Shown one piece after another: positions 56,646 through 64,000 of a DNA stretch of 64,000 nucleotides (its first letter is position 1; each line of letters opens with the position of its first letter). The notes beneath the pieces were generated by a model. That model saw only the letters and a list, made by a program, of their open reading frames with translations, was not told the origin of the DNA and did no database searches. The stretch covers positions 144,487-208,486 of the IMG/VR virus record IMGVR_UViG_3300022744_000022. One strand, written 5' to 3'. Both the position numbers and the translations under genes were made by a program.

Positions 56646-57779
56646 CTATTGCTCATAGGTGACTTGGAATAGGGTCGGGTTGATCACCGAGACGTAGCTG
56701 CTCACGTCGCAGTGATCATCGGACTGGAAGGCGTACGCGAGGCCGTCTTGGCAATTCGCGTGGATCTCTTTCGAGTAGTGGTTGGTGATCGGGTCCTGGT
56801 AAAAACCAGCCTTGTCCTTGCACCACTGGCAGTCCGAGGAATTGGCGAGCGTCTGGACCGTGAGCATAACCGAGCGGTTGAACGCGGCACAGAGCGTACC
56901 CATGAGCTGGTTCGCGTAGTTCTCTTGCAGCGACCCCGGTGCCCCGCGTCCCGAAAAGCAGAAGCGGAAGTTGTTCTCGAACAGGTCCTGGGTCGAAGGG
57001 ACGCTCAAGACGATCGGCTCCAGGGGCAGATCGCTCGTCTTGAACACGAACAGGCCCTCTTGAACTCGCCCCACCCACTGCACGAAGGTGTTGGAACCTG
57101 GGGGCGGATCGCCCACGAAGGTCAAGTCAGCGCTCTCGAAACGATCCCAAACCTGATCGCAGTACATCTTGAGGTACTGGGCATCGATCAAAGGCTTGGG
57201 GATCACCCCCTGCTTGAACGCCGTGATCGCGGTTCCCGGAGCGAGCACTCGTTCAGGGAGTATGAGTCCACGGAAGTCCGGGTTGGCCTGCATGGCCTCC
57301 AGGAACTTGCTGTAGCCGCCTGAGAGCCACCCACGCTGGTAGTCCACGGGTTGCCGGGTTGAGGGTTCCTGGCCCGCACAACGGAACGACAGGGGCATGC
57401 CAGCGCTCTGGACGTTCGACAGGTTCAGGTTGAACAGGCCGTCTTGGCCCACCGGGACGTACGTAACCTCGAAAAAGTCCCACCGGGTCCCGTAGTTGAG
57501 ATCCTGAGGATCCTGCGGCCTCGGGGGGATCGCGTTGCCCGCCTGATCCACCGTGAGCCACAGGGGCTTATCCGAGAGATACAGACGGGCTGCCGACAAC
57601 ATGGGAAAGGGCAGGGACCCCGTGACGGGGAACGACAAGGCCTCAGTGGGCTTCTCCGACGGTACCGACGGCACCGCATTACCCTGTGCGTCACAATGGC
57701 GGGGCTTGCCGCTCACGGGATCCAGGCCGTAGTAGGTGAACCACAGGCCTTGGGCGTTCAGGAATTCGAGTTGGAGCAT
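56646..57779 (-). CDS. GH64 beta-1,3-glucanase-like protein
   Basis: DP.D.NY...WDFFEVT, NLSNV, RVLAP, LCAAFNRS, NHYSK.IH, G.AYAF..DD; start ATG 57779. Confidence 0.8.
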   Translation of the reverse strand: MLQLEFLNAQGLWFTYYGLDPVSGKPRHCDAQGNAVPSVPSEKPTEALSFPVTGSLPFPMLSAARLYLSDKPLWLTVDQAGNAIPPRPQDPQDLNYGTRWDFFEVTYVPVGQDGLFNLNLSNVQSAGMPLSFRCAGQEPSTRQPVDYQRGWLSGGYSKFLEAMQANPDFRGLILPERVLAPGTAITAFKQGVIPKPLIDAQYLKMYCDQVWDRFESADLTFVGDPPPGSNTFVQWVGRVQEGLFVFKTSDLPLEPIVLSVPSTQDLFENNFRFCFSGRGAPGSLQENYANQLMGTLCAAFNRSVMLTVQTLANSSDCQWCKDKAGFYQDPITNHYSKEIHANCQDGLAYAFQSDDHCDVSSYVSVINPTLFQVTYEQ

Positions 57780-57787
57780 GGCCCTCT

Positions 57788-58051
57788 TTACACCGTAGGT
57801 GCGTTGTCCCGACGCATCGCATCGATCCCCCGCAGGCCCATCACCCACAGAGCACCTTGAACGAAGCCGAGCCAACGCATCGCCTTGTCGAGATCCTGAG
57901 TCAAGAAGACCTCGATCTCACCGCACATCCAGAGCAAGTGCCGGGCTCGCTCAAGCGGCTCCAGGGCTTCGATGTTGCGGACCGGCCCCAAGTCCGGGTA
58001 AGCGGTCCGGAGCGTCTCTCGGGCCGCCTCGATGGCTCGTAGGGCCTGCAT
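57788..58051 (-). CDS. Hypothetical protein, paralog of 34955-35245
   Basis: HLLWM...KAMRWLGFVQGAL. Confidence 0.65.
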   Translation of the reverse strand: MQALRAIEAARETLRTAYPDLGPVRNIEALEPLERARHLLWMCGEIEVFLTQDLDKAMRWLGFVQGALWVMGLRGIDAMRRDNAPTV

Positions 58052-58368
58052 CACGGCCACCTGATCGTGCAGCCCTTTAGGATGCCGCAGCACAAGGTAC
58101 CTTCGACGGTCACCCGGGTCAGCGGCTTGCCGGGTTCCACGACCTCGGGACGCTTCGCTCGAAAAGACTCGACCCAAACGTCCCCGGTCCCGCACTCAAA
58201 GAAGTCGTAGCCCTTCCTCGACACGTCTTGAAGCCCCTCGGAATGCATGGCCCCTTGAAGCCTAACCTCGGAAGGACTACACCCCCCGTACTTGGCCACC
58301 GTGACGTACAGAAAGATGTAGGCCAGGGGCCAGATCAAGGACCAACCCGAGGATGAAGATCTCGTCAT
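58051..58368 (-). CDS. Membrane-anchored Cys-containing protein
   Basis: TM, F.CG..D...F.A...V.G.LCCG..KGCTIR; GGTGTA 9 nt before ATG. Confidence 0.6.
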   Translation of the reverse strand: MTRSSSSGWSLIWPLAYIFLYVTVAKYGGCSPSEVRLQGAMHSEGLQDVSRKGYDFFECGTGDVWVESFRAKRPEVVEPGKPLTRVTVEGTLCCGILKGCTIRWP

Positions 58369-58387
58369 GGTGCTTAGTACACCGCCG

Positions 58388-60568
58388 CTACTCGACCACC
58401 ACCAAATCACGGGGCTGCATCATCCGGATACACTTCCCGTTTGGCATCTCTTCCCCAGCATCGGTGAGCTGTGAAATCGTCAGCCCACCGCCCGCACAGC
58501 TCGTGACCTCCCAGAGAGAGCCTTCCTCGTACTCAGCGCCACCTTGCGTCGTGACCTTACGGCGGAGCTTCACCTGCTTCCCCACAAGCTGTTGACGCTC
58601 CTTTCGGCGACGATACGCCATCTGCCCCTCGTACGAGGGATTCTGTTTGGACGGTGGGGGCGGCTCCAGGACCGTGCGGTTACCCGCGTGGTATTCCTCA
58701 GCCTCCAAGAGCAAGGGAGCCCACTCCAGGTACTCAGCCCTGGTCCTTGGGTCCGCGAAGAACTGCCGGAAGTCTCCCGGCTTGTAGTCGTCTACGTTGA
58801 GAACCTGATCCACACTGCACGAGAACCGGACCCGAATCTGCTTCCCATAGGTTTCTTGGGTCTCGCCCTCACGGTACCAGGCATACCCGACCCGGCCCTT
58901 AGAGCGCTGGAATTCCGTAACCTGGGCCAAGTACCCGGGCCCAGGATCGTTGTAGTGCTTCTTACGGCTACGGCGCTCCCCATCTTCGTCTTCACCCCCG
59001 AGCTTCCAAGCAAGCCGCTGTCCGACCGTCACTGAGCCCACCTTGAGGCTCTGGTTGAGCCGCTGGCGGTACTGCTCGAAGTCCGGCTTCTCTCCGCCCA
59101 CAAGAGCCCTGGTGGCGTCGTAGACAAGCTCCAAGGCTTGCTCGGACTCGGACCAGATCTTCCACGGCGGGTGAGGGTGCAGCACCACAGAGCGGTCCAA
59201 GAGCCCTTGGATGATCACGGCAATCCGGTTGGACTGCTGGATCTCCGCCGAGATCTTCTTCTGCATGTCGTCGTAGTAGATGTTGTCGGGCTCGTAGGGC
59301 TGGTGCTCGTCAACGGGATCCCGATCAGAGAAACTGAACAGGTAAGGTTCGTGCTCCCGGAACTCGCGGCCTGCCTCTTTGGCCGCCTTCTTGGCCTCAC
59401 GCCACTGCTTGACCGCTAGCTTGTGGGCCGCTTCCTTGACCTTGTGCTGCTGTTTCGCGGCCTCGTAGTCCTCCAAGAGCCCCTGGTACTGTGCGTCCGT
59501 GATGATGCGATCTACGCGACCTGCAAACATCTTGGCCCACAGCTTAGTGCCCAAGGTCAGCTTGTTGTGGTCAGTGTCCGGAAACAGGTGCGGACCGAAC
59601 TCCAACTCGGTGTTCATCCGGTAAAGCCGCTCGCCGTTCCGGATGTACAGGAACGTCAGCTCATCGGTCGCCATTTTGTTGAGCAGCTCTAGGAAGCCAA
59701 TGAGGGACTCGGGGACCGCTCGCCGCTTGGGGTCACGTCGAACTCTGAAAGCCACGATACAACGCGGGAAGGGTAGGATCCGATTCAGGTTCTCCGGTTG
59801 AGCAAGCCACCGATCGAACTCCCCGATGTCTTTGAACTCCATACCGCCCACACGGTACTGGGCCAAGCATTCCTCGTCCATGTAGCAGCGGCGCTGCATG
59901 AGCCGGACCTTCTCGGTCATCCCGGCGGGCTCGCCATCCGTGATCTGCTCGATCGTTTCGGTTAGACCCGCGTACAGCTCAATCGAGAAAATGCGGTTGT
60001 TGATCCGCCCGATCACGTCCTTCATCTGGCCCGTCTGGGCCCGCATGGGAAGGATCTCAGCTTTCATCCAGCGAGCCATCGCCTCGTTGGACTTCTCAAT
60101 CCGCTTGAACAACGCGGGAAGGTCTTCTGACTTGGCCTTTACCAAGTCCGCTTTGTAAGCCTTCACGTCTTGGTTGGGATCCAAGCGTGCAAGAGCGTGG
60201 GTCTCCTGTTGCCCTTGGCTCAAGTACGCGGGTGCTGCCCCTACGCCAAGCCTGGCCGTGATAGCCGAGATTTCCGCCATCAAGGCTCGCACCTCACCTT
60301 GGTGCTTCGTGACCTCGCCCTCGATCACTTGCTTGGCATTGGATTCGAGCCGACACCGCTCCGAGAAACTGTCCAGGTGGATCCGTTCCGAGCCCTCGTA
60401 GAGGTTCTGGATCTCCGCGTAGTTGGACCCCAGGTGCATCAAACACCCGAGCCACTCGCTACCGTCATCGTCCTTGACCCAGTACCACTGGCCAAGCTCA
60501 AGCGAGTCTTGCTCGTGAGGCTCGACCGTTGCGGTCACCACCGTGGGGTTTCGGACAATAGAGGTCAT
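58388..60568 (-). CDS. Large hypothetical protein with coiled coils
   Basis: 726-aa ORF. Confidence 0.75.
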   Translation of the reverse strand: MTSIVRNPTVVTATVEPHEQDSLELGQWYWVKDDDGSEWLGCLMHLGSNYAEIQNLYEGSERIHLDSFSERCRLESNAKQVIEGEVTKHQGEVRALMAEISAITARLGVGAAPAYLSQGQQETHALARLDPNQDVKAYKADLVKAKSEDLPALFKRIEKSNEAMARWMKAEILPMRAQTGQMKDVIGRINNRIFSIELYAGLTETIEQITDGEPAGMTEKVRLMQRRCYMDEECLAQYRVGGMEFKDIGEFDRWLAQPENLNRILPFPRCIVAFRVRRDPKRRAVPESLIGFLELLNKMATDELTFLYIRNGERLYRMNTELEFGPHLFPDTDHNKLTLGTKLWAKMFAGRVDRIITDAQYQGLLEDYEAAKQQHKVKEAAHKLAVKQWREAKKAAKEAGREFREHEPYLFSFSDRDPVDEHQPYEPDNIYYDDMQKKISAEIQQSNRIAVIIQGLLDRSVVLHPHPPWKIWSESEQALELVYDATRALVGGEKPDFEQYRQRLNQSLKVGSVTVGQRLAWKLGGEDEDGERRSRKKHYNDPGPGYLAQVTEFQRSKGRVGYAWYREGETQETYGKQIRVRFSCSVDQVLNVDDYKPGDFRQFFADPRTRAEYLEWAPLLLEAEEYHAGNRTVLEPPPPSKQNPSYEGQMAYRRRKERQQLVGKQVKLRRKVTTQGGAEYEEGSLWEVTSCAGGGLTISQLTDAGEEMPNGKCIRMMQPRDLVVVE

Positions 60569-60690
60569 GGCAAATTCTTATCTAGCCACCGCCCTACCCA
60601 CGGGCGGAACTTGAACAGGATCAGGTAGGAGCCGCCGACAAGCCCGAAGAAGTGGACGGCCACCATGAGCACGCCAAATGCGTCTTCCAT
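60565..60690 (-). CDS. Small membrane protein (41 aa, not in ORF track)
   Basis: MEDAFGVLMVAVHFFGLVGGSYLILF...; ATGA-coupled. Confidence 0.5.
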   Translation of the reverse strand: MEDAFGVLMVAVHFFGLVGGSYLILFKFRPWVGRWLDKNLP

Positions 60691-61404
60691 TCAACCCCTC
60701 ACCAGGTCACGGATCTCGGGAGTCAACCCGTCCACCCTGATCCCCTCAGCCTCCAGGTAGTCCAAGAAGCCTTGGCGGCTATCCTGCGGGCCCAGGTGAA
60801 CGTCGTACCCGAAGCCGTGCCCGTTGGTAGCGTAGAAGCAATGCAGGCCATCGGGGGCCCTCACCACCGCCCAGGGATCGGAGATGTCCCAACCCATGTG
60901 CCAGATCTTGCCTTGAGCGATCACTTCTGACCCGGGCATCGAAGCCAGCAAGTCATCCGTGGTCTTAAGCCGCTCGGGCTTACCCACGAGCTTGTGCTCC
61001 GAGAGTTGAACCGGGATCCCCAGTTCATCGGTCAGCTCTTGGCACGCCGCTTCCAACGCAGCCGGGTCGAAAGGGAACTTGATTCCCTCCAAGAGCTTGT
61101 GCGCGTAGGCGTCACTGCCGCCCAGGTAGCCTTGATACCACGTCCACCGACCCGAGATTTTCGTGAACGTGCGGTCGCCCACATAATGAGCACACACGTA
61201 GACCGAGGGTTCCCACGTCGAAGTGGCGGATCCAGCGTTCAAGCTGCCCAACACCTTGACCTGGAACGCCTTGAGCCGTTCGTCGCAGATCTTCTGGACT
61301 TGACGGCCCAGGCGCTCGATCAACTTCTGGTTGGCCTCAGCTCGGGCCATCAGCTCACGCTGATCCTTGACCAAAGCCTCCAAATTGTCTCTGACGTTGG
61401 TCAC
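60691..61404 (-). CDS. Hypothetical protein
   Basis: ORF, likely GTGA-coupled start. Confidence 0.6.
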   Translation of the reverse strand: MTNVRDNLEALVKDQRELMARAEANQKLIERLGRQVQKICDERLKAFQVKVLGSLNAGSATSTWEPSVYVCAHYVGDRTFTKISGRWTWYQGYLGGSDAYAHKLLEGIKFPFDPAALEAACQELTDELGIPVQLSEHKLVGKPERLKTTDDLLASMPGSEVIAQGKIWHMGWDISDPWAVVRAPDGLHCFYATNGHGFGYDVHLGPQDSRQGFLDYLEAEGIRVDGLTPEIRDLVRG

Positions 61405-61592
61405 GGTCCGTAGCCTTCCGCCTGATCCGCACACTCATCGCACTGGTACCCCAGCGCCTTGTCCTTGGGCGTCAGCCGATTGGGCTGCTTGCAGGTAGGG
61501 CAGGGGAGGTTCCGAGGGTTGCTCTTGGAAGCCGCCCGTAGGGCCGACTTACCCCCTGGATCCGCGAAGTCCATGTCGTTGTCGTCGTCCAT
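61401..61592 (-). CDS. Small Zn-ribbon protein
   Basis: PCPTC..PNRLT..D...GYQCDECAD. Confidence 0.65.
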   Translation of the reverse strand: MDDDNDMDFADPGGKSALRAASKSNPRNLPCPTCKQPNRLTPKDKALGYQCDECADQAEGYGP

Positions 61593-61600
61593 ACCGCTAA

Positions 61601-61626
61601 CACACCTGGGATCTGGAGAACTCTAG
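61601..61626 (-). promoter_or_regulatory. Bipartite motif CTAGAGTT-N12-GGTGTG
   Basis: ATG 61592 is 8 nt downstream. Confidence 0.65.
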
Positions 61627-61815
61627 TCTTTCCACACCGACGGAGAAATTCGCGGTCCACGTTGCGCTCTCTTACCCTTGGGGGACCCCACGATTGCATT
61701 CAGCACGGCCCGTATCGACCTGATCTCTTGCGCTGTCAACTCACCACAACGAAGCCGAAGCGCATCAGCCGAGAGCCCGTGCCACTCCCGGAGACGTTTC
61801 AAAGTAGCGGCGTCA

Positions 61816-62355
61816 TCAGGCTTCTGGGGCATCGACCTCGACCTCGATCTCGGATGTGGATTCCGTAGCGGACAGGACACCCGGTTGGGCACCCTTCAAC
61901 TCTTGAATCTGGTGTGCCAGCTTGGCAGCACGCTCGACCAACTGTTGTTGGTCTGCTTCCAACGCGGCCACCAACGCCTCAGGGGACGTGCGGAGCTGCT
62001 TGGCCCGCAACACCGCCTTCGCCCCTGACTCGCACTTCTCGACCTGGAGAAAGTCATCAGTCTTCGCTGTTACCACCCCGTACCAGCGATCCCGCTTCTT
62101 GTTGCCGAAGCTGGTCGTGTAGTCGGCCGCAAACTCCACGGCGTCGAACAAACCCACCTGCTCCACCACGTATAGGCACTCGCCCTTGCCGCGATTCATG
62201 AACCGCCGCGACAACCCTCCGGGGGACGTGGGGTCGATATCGATCACAGCGAGCCAGTTAGACCCACGGTAATGCGACTCGTACACAGGGGCGTTCAAGA
62301 GTGCCCCGTTCGCGAGCGTACACTTCAAGACAACGGGTTGAGCTGGTTCAGTCAT
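61816..62355 (-). CDS. Hypothetical protein
   Basis: ATG 62355, GGTGTA 14 nt upstream. Confidence 0.6.
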   Translation of the reverse strand: MTEPAQPVVLKCTLANGALLNAPVYESHYRGSNWLAVIDIDPTSPGGLSRRFMNRGKGECLYVVEQVGLFDAVEFAADYTTSFGNKKRDRWYGVVTAKTDDFLQVEKCESGAKAVLRAKQLRTSPEALVAALEADQQQLVERAAKLAHQIQELKGAQPGVLSATESTSEIEVEVDAPEA

Positions 62356-62368
62356 GGTAGGGTCACTA

Positions 62369-62632
62369 TTACACCGGACGGCCAACAGGGTCAACGGCCC
62401 CGGGTGGGGGCGGTGGCGTCCCCGTCTGACGCACCGAGCCTTTGCGGACCCGATGAAGCAAGCAGTATCGAGTCTTGCCCGAGCGCCGAAACAAGGCCTT
62501 GCAGTCCGGATCCCCGCACTCGATCATCACAACCTTGGGCTTGCGGCACTCAAGACAGAGCTTACGGACCCCGTGCCCGGTCCAATCCCCACAGCCCTCG
62601 CACTTGCCTGACTTGAGATCGTGCGGCCTCAT
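62369..62632 (-). CDS. Cys-rich small protein
   Basis: CxxC pairs. Confidence 0.5.
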   Translation of the reverse strand: MRPHDLKSGKCEGCGDWTGHGVRKLCLECRKPKVVMIECGDPDCKALFRRSGKTRYCLLHRVRKGSVRQTGTPPPPPGAVDPVGRPV

Positions 62633-62985
62633 TTGCGAGGTATGTTCGGCCTCGGGTTCATGAGATCAGGAAGCTTCACCTCTTCCCCCTGCTTGAACGA
62701 GTCGGACCGCTCGCACTCCCGAAAGCACCACTTGTTCATCTGAGCGCCGTCCTGATCGGTGAGCGGCACCGCACTCGGCTTCATGTGCCCGCCCTCAGAG
62801 AGCCCTACGGTCTCACCTGGCCCCGGCGCTGTACCCAGCTTGTCGTCAGCCAGATACACGTAATCGTCGAGATCCTCCGACAACATTGTCTTGGGCCGCC
62901 CGTTGTGCCCCCACGCTTTGTCGCAACGCCCGTCACAGGCCATCGTGAGCTGCTGGCCGTACCCCAGGATCTGTTTGGTTGGCAT
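62629..62985 (-). CDS. Hypothetical protein
   Basis: ACDG.C.KAWG...NKWC.RECER; GGTGTA 10 nt before ATG. Confidence 0.65.
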   Translation of the reverse strand: MPTKQILGYGQQLTMACDGRCDKAWGHNGRPKTMLSEDLDDYVYLADDKLGTAPGPGETVGLSEGGHMKPSAVPLTDQDGAQMNKWCFRECERSDSFKQGEEVKLPDLMNPRPNIPRK

Positions 62986-63041
62986 CGAGACAGGTTACAC
63001 CGGCCCCGAGGACTTTGCCTAGCCCGTCGTCACTTGGGGGT

Positions 63042-63323
63042 TCATGGAGCGGGTTCGTCCAACCGCCGACCCAGGTTCCGTTCCTTGGCCTCGACGTACC
63101 GTGACCTGTTGTGCATGATCATGCGGGTCAAGATGCGTTCAGCGATCCCCGCATCGCCAGCCGCGATGCGGGCGGTCACTTCACGTTCGAGCGTCTCGAA
63201 CTCCGCCGTCGTGAGGATGTGTGGATCGTAGGCGCGAAACCGGATGACAGCTTCGAGCTTCTCGGGTTTCTTGTCGTCGGTCATGGCTCTTCTTCTTTTG
63301 GGAGAGGGTAGCGGACCCGCCAC
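63042..63323 (-). CDS. Hypothetical protein
   Basis: ORF after bipartite motif. Confidence 0.5.
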   Translation of the reverse strand: MAGPLPSPKRRRAMTDDKKPEKLEAVIRFRAYDPHILTTAEFETLEREVTARIAAGDAGIAERILTRMIMHNRSRYVEAKERNLGRRLDEPAP

Positions 63324-63335
63324 GCTGTCGGGTAC

Positions 63336-63361
63336 TACACTTGAGGCCCAGGGAACTCTAG
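63336..63361 (-). promoter_or_regulatory. Bipartite motif CTAGAGTT-N12-AGTGTA
   Basis: Reverse complement ctagagtt ccctgggcctca agtgta. Confidence 0.65.
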
Positions 63362-63570
63362 ACTTCCGGGTGGCACTCAGGATCGTGCTCGCAAGTCAGG
63401 CAGTTGCCGCCCACCCCGTCGTCTCGATAGAGCCTACAGACGGGCTGGATCACCCCATGCTTCCAATGCATGGGGTTGCACCGGCACTTGCCAGGTCGGA
63501 CAGCGGGCTCAAAAGCGTGAGGGTGCTCCGACTCCAGGATTCCACAGTGTTTGCAGGGGAGGTCAGGCAC
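63358..63570 (-). CDS. Cys/His-rich small protein
   Basis: CKHC..H, CRC, CLTC.H. Confidence 0.5.
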   Translation of the reverse strand: MPDLPCKHCGILESEHPHAFEPAVRPGKCRCNPMHWKHGVIQPVCRLYRDDGVGGNCLTCEHDPECHPEV

Positions 63571-63838
63571 GGTTCTTCTCCTTGCGAAGCAACCTGATCG
63601 CCTCCCAGACCCACGCCAAGTTGCCCGTGACCAACACGATGCCAGCAGTGAAGCTCACCCACTGCCCCAGGCTCGGGTAGTACCAGAGGTTCCAAAGACC
63701 CCAAAGCGAATAGAACCCGTAGACGGGCCAGTAGACGCCCCGGATGGCCCGGTCCCTGCGGAGCTGCACGTAGTTCTTCCAGGCCGCTACAGCGCCGCCA
63801 GCCTCGAACAAACCGTTGATCAGGTCAGGTATCTGCAC
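63563..63838 (-). CDS. PQ-loop/SemiSWEET-like three-helix membrane protein
   Basis: Three hydrophobic helices with QL.RD....GV loop; GGTGTA 10 nt before GTG. Confidence 0.55.
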   Translation of the reverse strand: MQIPDLINGLFEAGGAVAAWKNYVQLRRDRAIRGVYWPVYGFYSLWGLWNLWYYPSLGQWVSFTAGIVLVTGNLAWVWEAIRLLRKEKNRA

Positions 63839-64000
63839 CCGCAGTCGCTACACCAACTCACGGCATGCACCACAAACTGTGCGAGATTGCCCCCATCCCG
63901 CAACGGGAGCACGAGGCCTCGCTCGAATACTCTGTCTCGTACCCCGGCCCGTCCCACGAGTGCTCGCACGGACCACCCTTGGCACACTCGCATTTGCACT

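Noticed and set aside
1305-61413. Long antisense ORFs (e.g. 1305-2336, 2501-3388, 9456-10295, 36400-37149, 45795-46628)
   Set aside because: Shadow frames of GC3-biased real genes, with no motifs or start signals.
4055-63854. GGTGTA as simply a Shine-Dalgarno variant (GGTG pairs with the anti-SD extension)
   Set aside because: Disfavoured, not excluded: the TA is near-invariant, it marks first genes of blocks rather than coupled genes, it co-occurs with real SDs at longer gaps, and it has a fixed-spacing upstream box.
1-64000. tRNA genes expected next to the tRNA-repair enzymes
   Set aside because: No convincing cloverleaf or intergenic T-loop GTTCGA found by eye; tRNAscan-SE should confirm.
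1-64000. Stop-codon reassignment
   Set aside because: Recognisable enzymes are full length in the standard code and end at TAG, TGA or TAA; coding density is already high.
1-64000. Bacterial chromosome or integrative element
   Set aside because: No housekeeping operons, integrase or conjugation genes; gene size, density and content fit a large phage. No capsid or terminase gene is in the window, so this remains an inference and the host is not determined.

Overview
The window looks like a 64-kb piece of a large, GC-rich (about 60% by eye) lytic or 'jumbo' phage genome. It has about 100 densely packed, mostly short genes in short alternating transcription blocks. I saw no rRNA, tRNA, CRISPR array, integrase or transposase. 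Recognisable products: a divergent adenylosuccinate-synthetase-like enzyme, a J-domain/kinase fusion, a CinA-like/HxGH nucleotidyltransferase, NADAR, a CCA-type tRNA nucleotidyltransferase, an HD protein, RtcB, an Rnl2-type RNA ligase, Pth2, a KH protein, a metallophosphoesterase, a zeta-like P-loop kinase, HNH and EndoVII nucleases, a DEDDh exonuclease, HU, a Lar-like protein, a GH64 glucanase, two probable virion/tail-fibre proteins, and a five-gene PspA-like/SBP-OmpA/ABC operon. Three patterns go beyond the gene list. (1) A short peptide tag, about [RTS]-L-[WFY]-D-[HKL]-L-x-[DE][DE], ends many unrelated proteins and is also inserted into the kinase; its codons vary synonymously. (2) A GGTGTA element occurs about 30 times, usually 9-10 nt before start codons without an SD; 7 copies have CTAGAGTT exactly 12 nt upstream, suggesting a phage promoter giving near-leaderless mRNAs. 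(3) An RVAxRY motif sits at the ends of putative late/virion proteins. There are also long structured intergenic hairpins, one directly upstream of rtcB. All family calls come from motif recognition by eye, not database searches. Several start codons were moved from the ORF track using the GGTGTA spacing.
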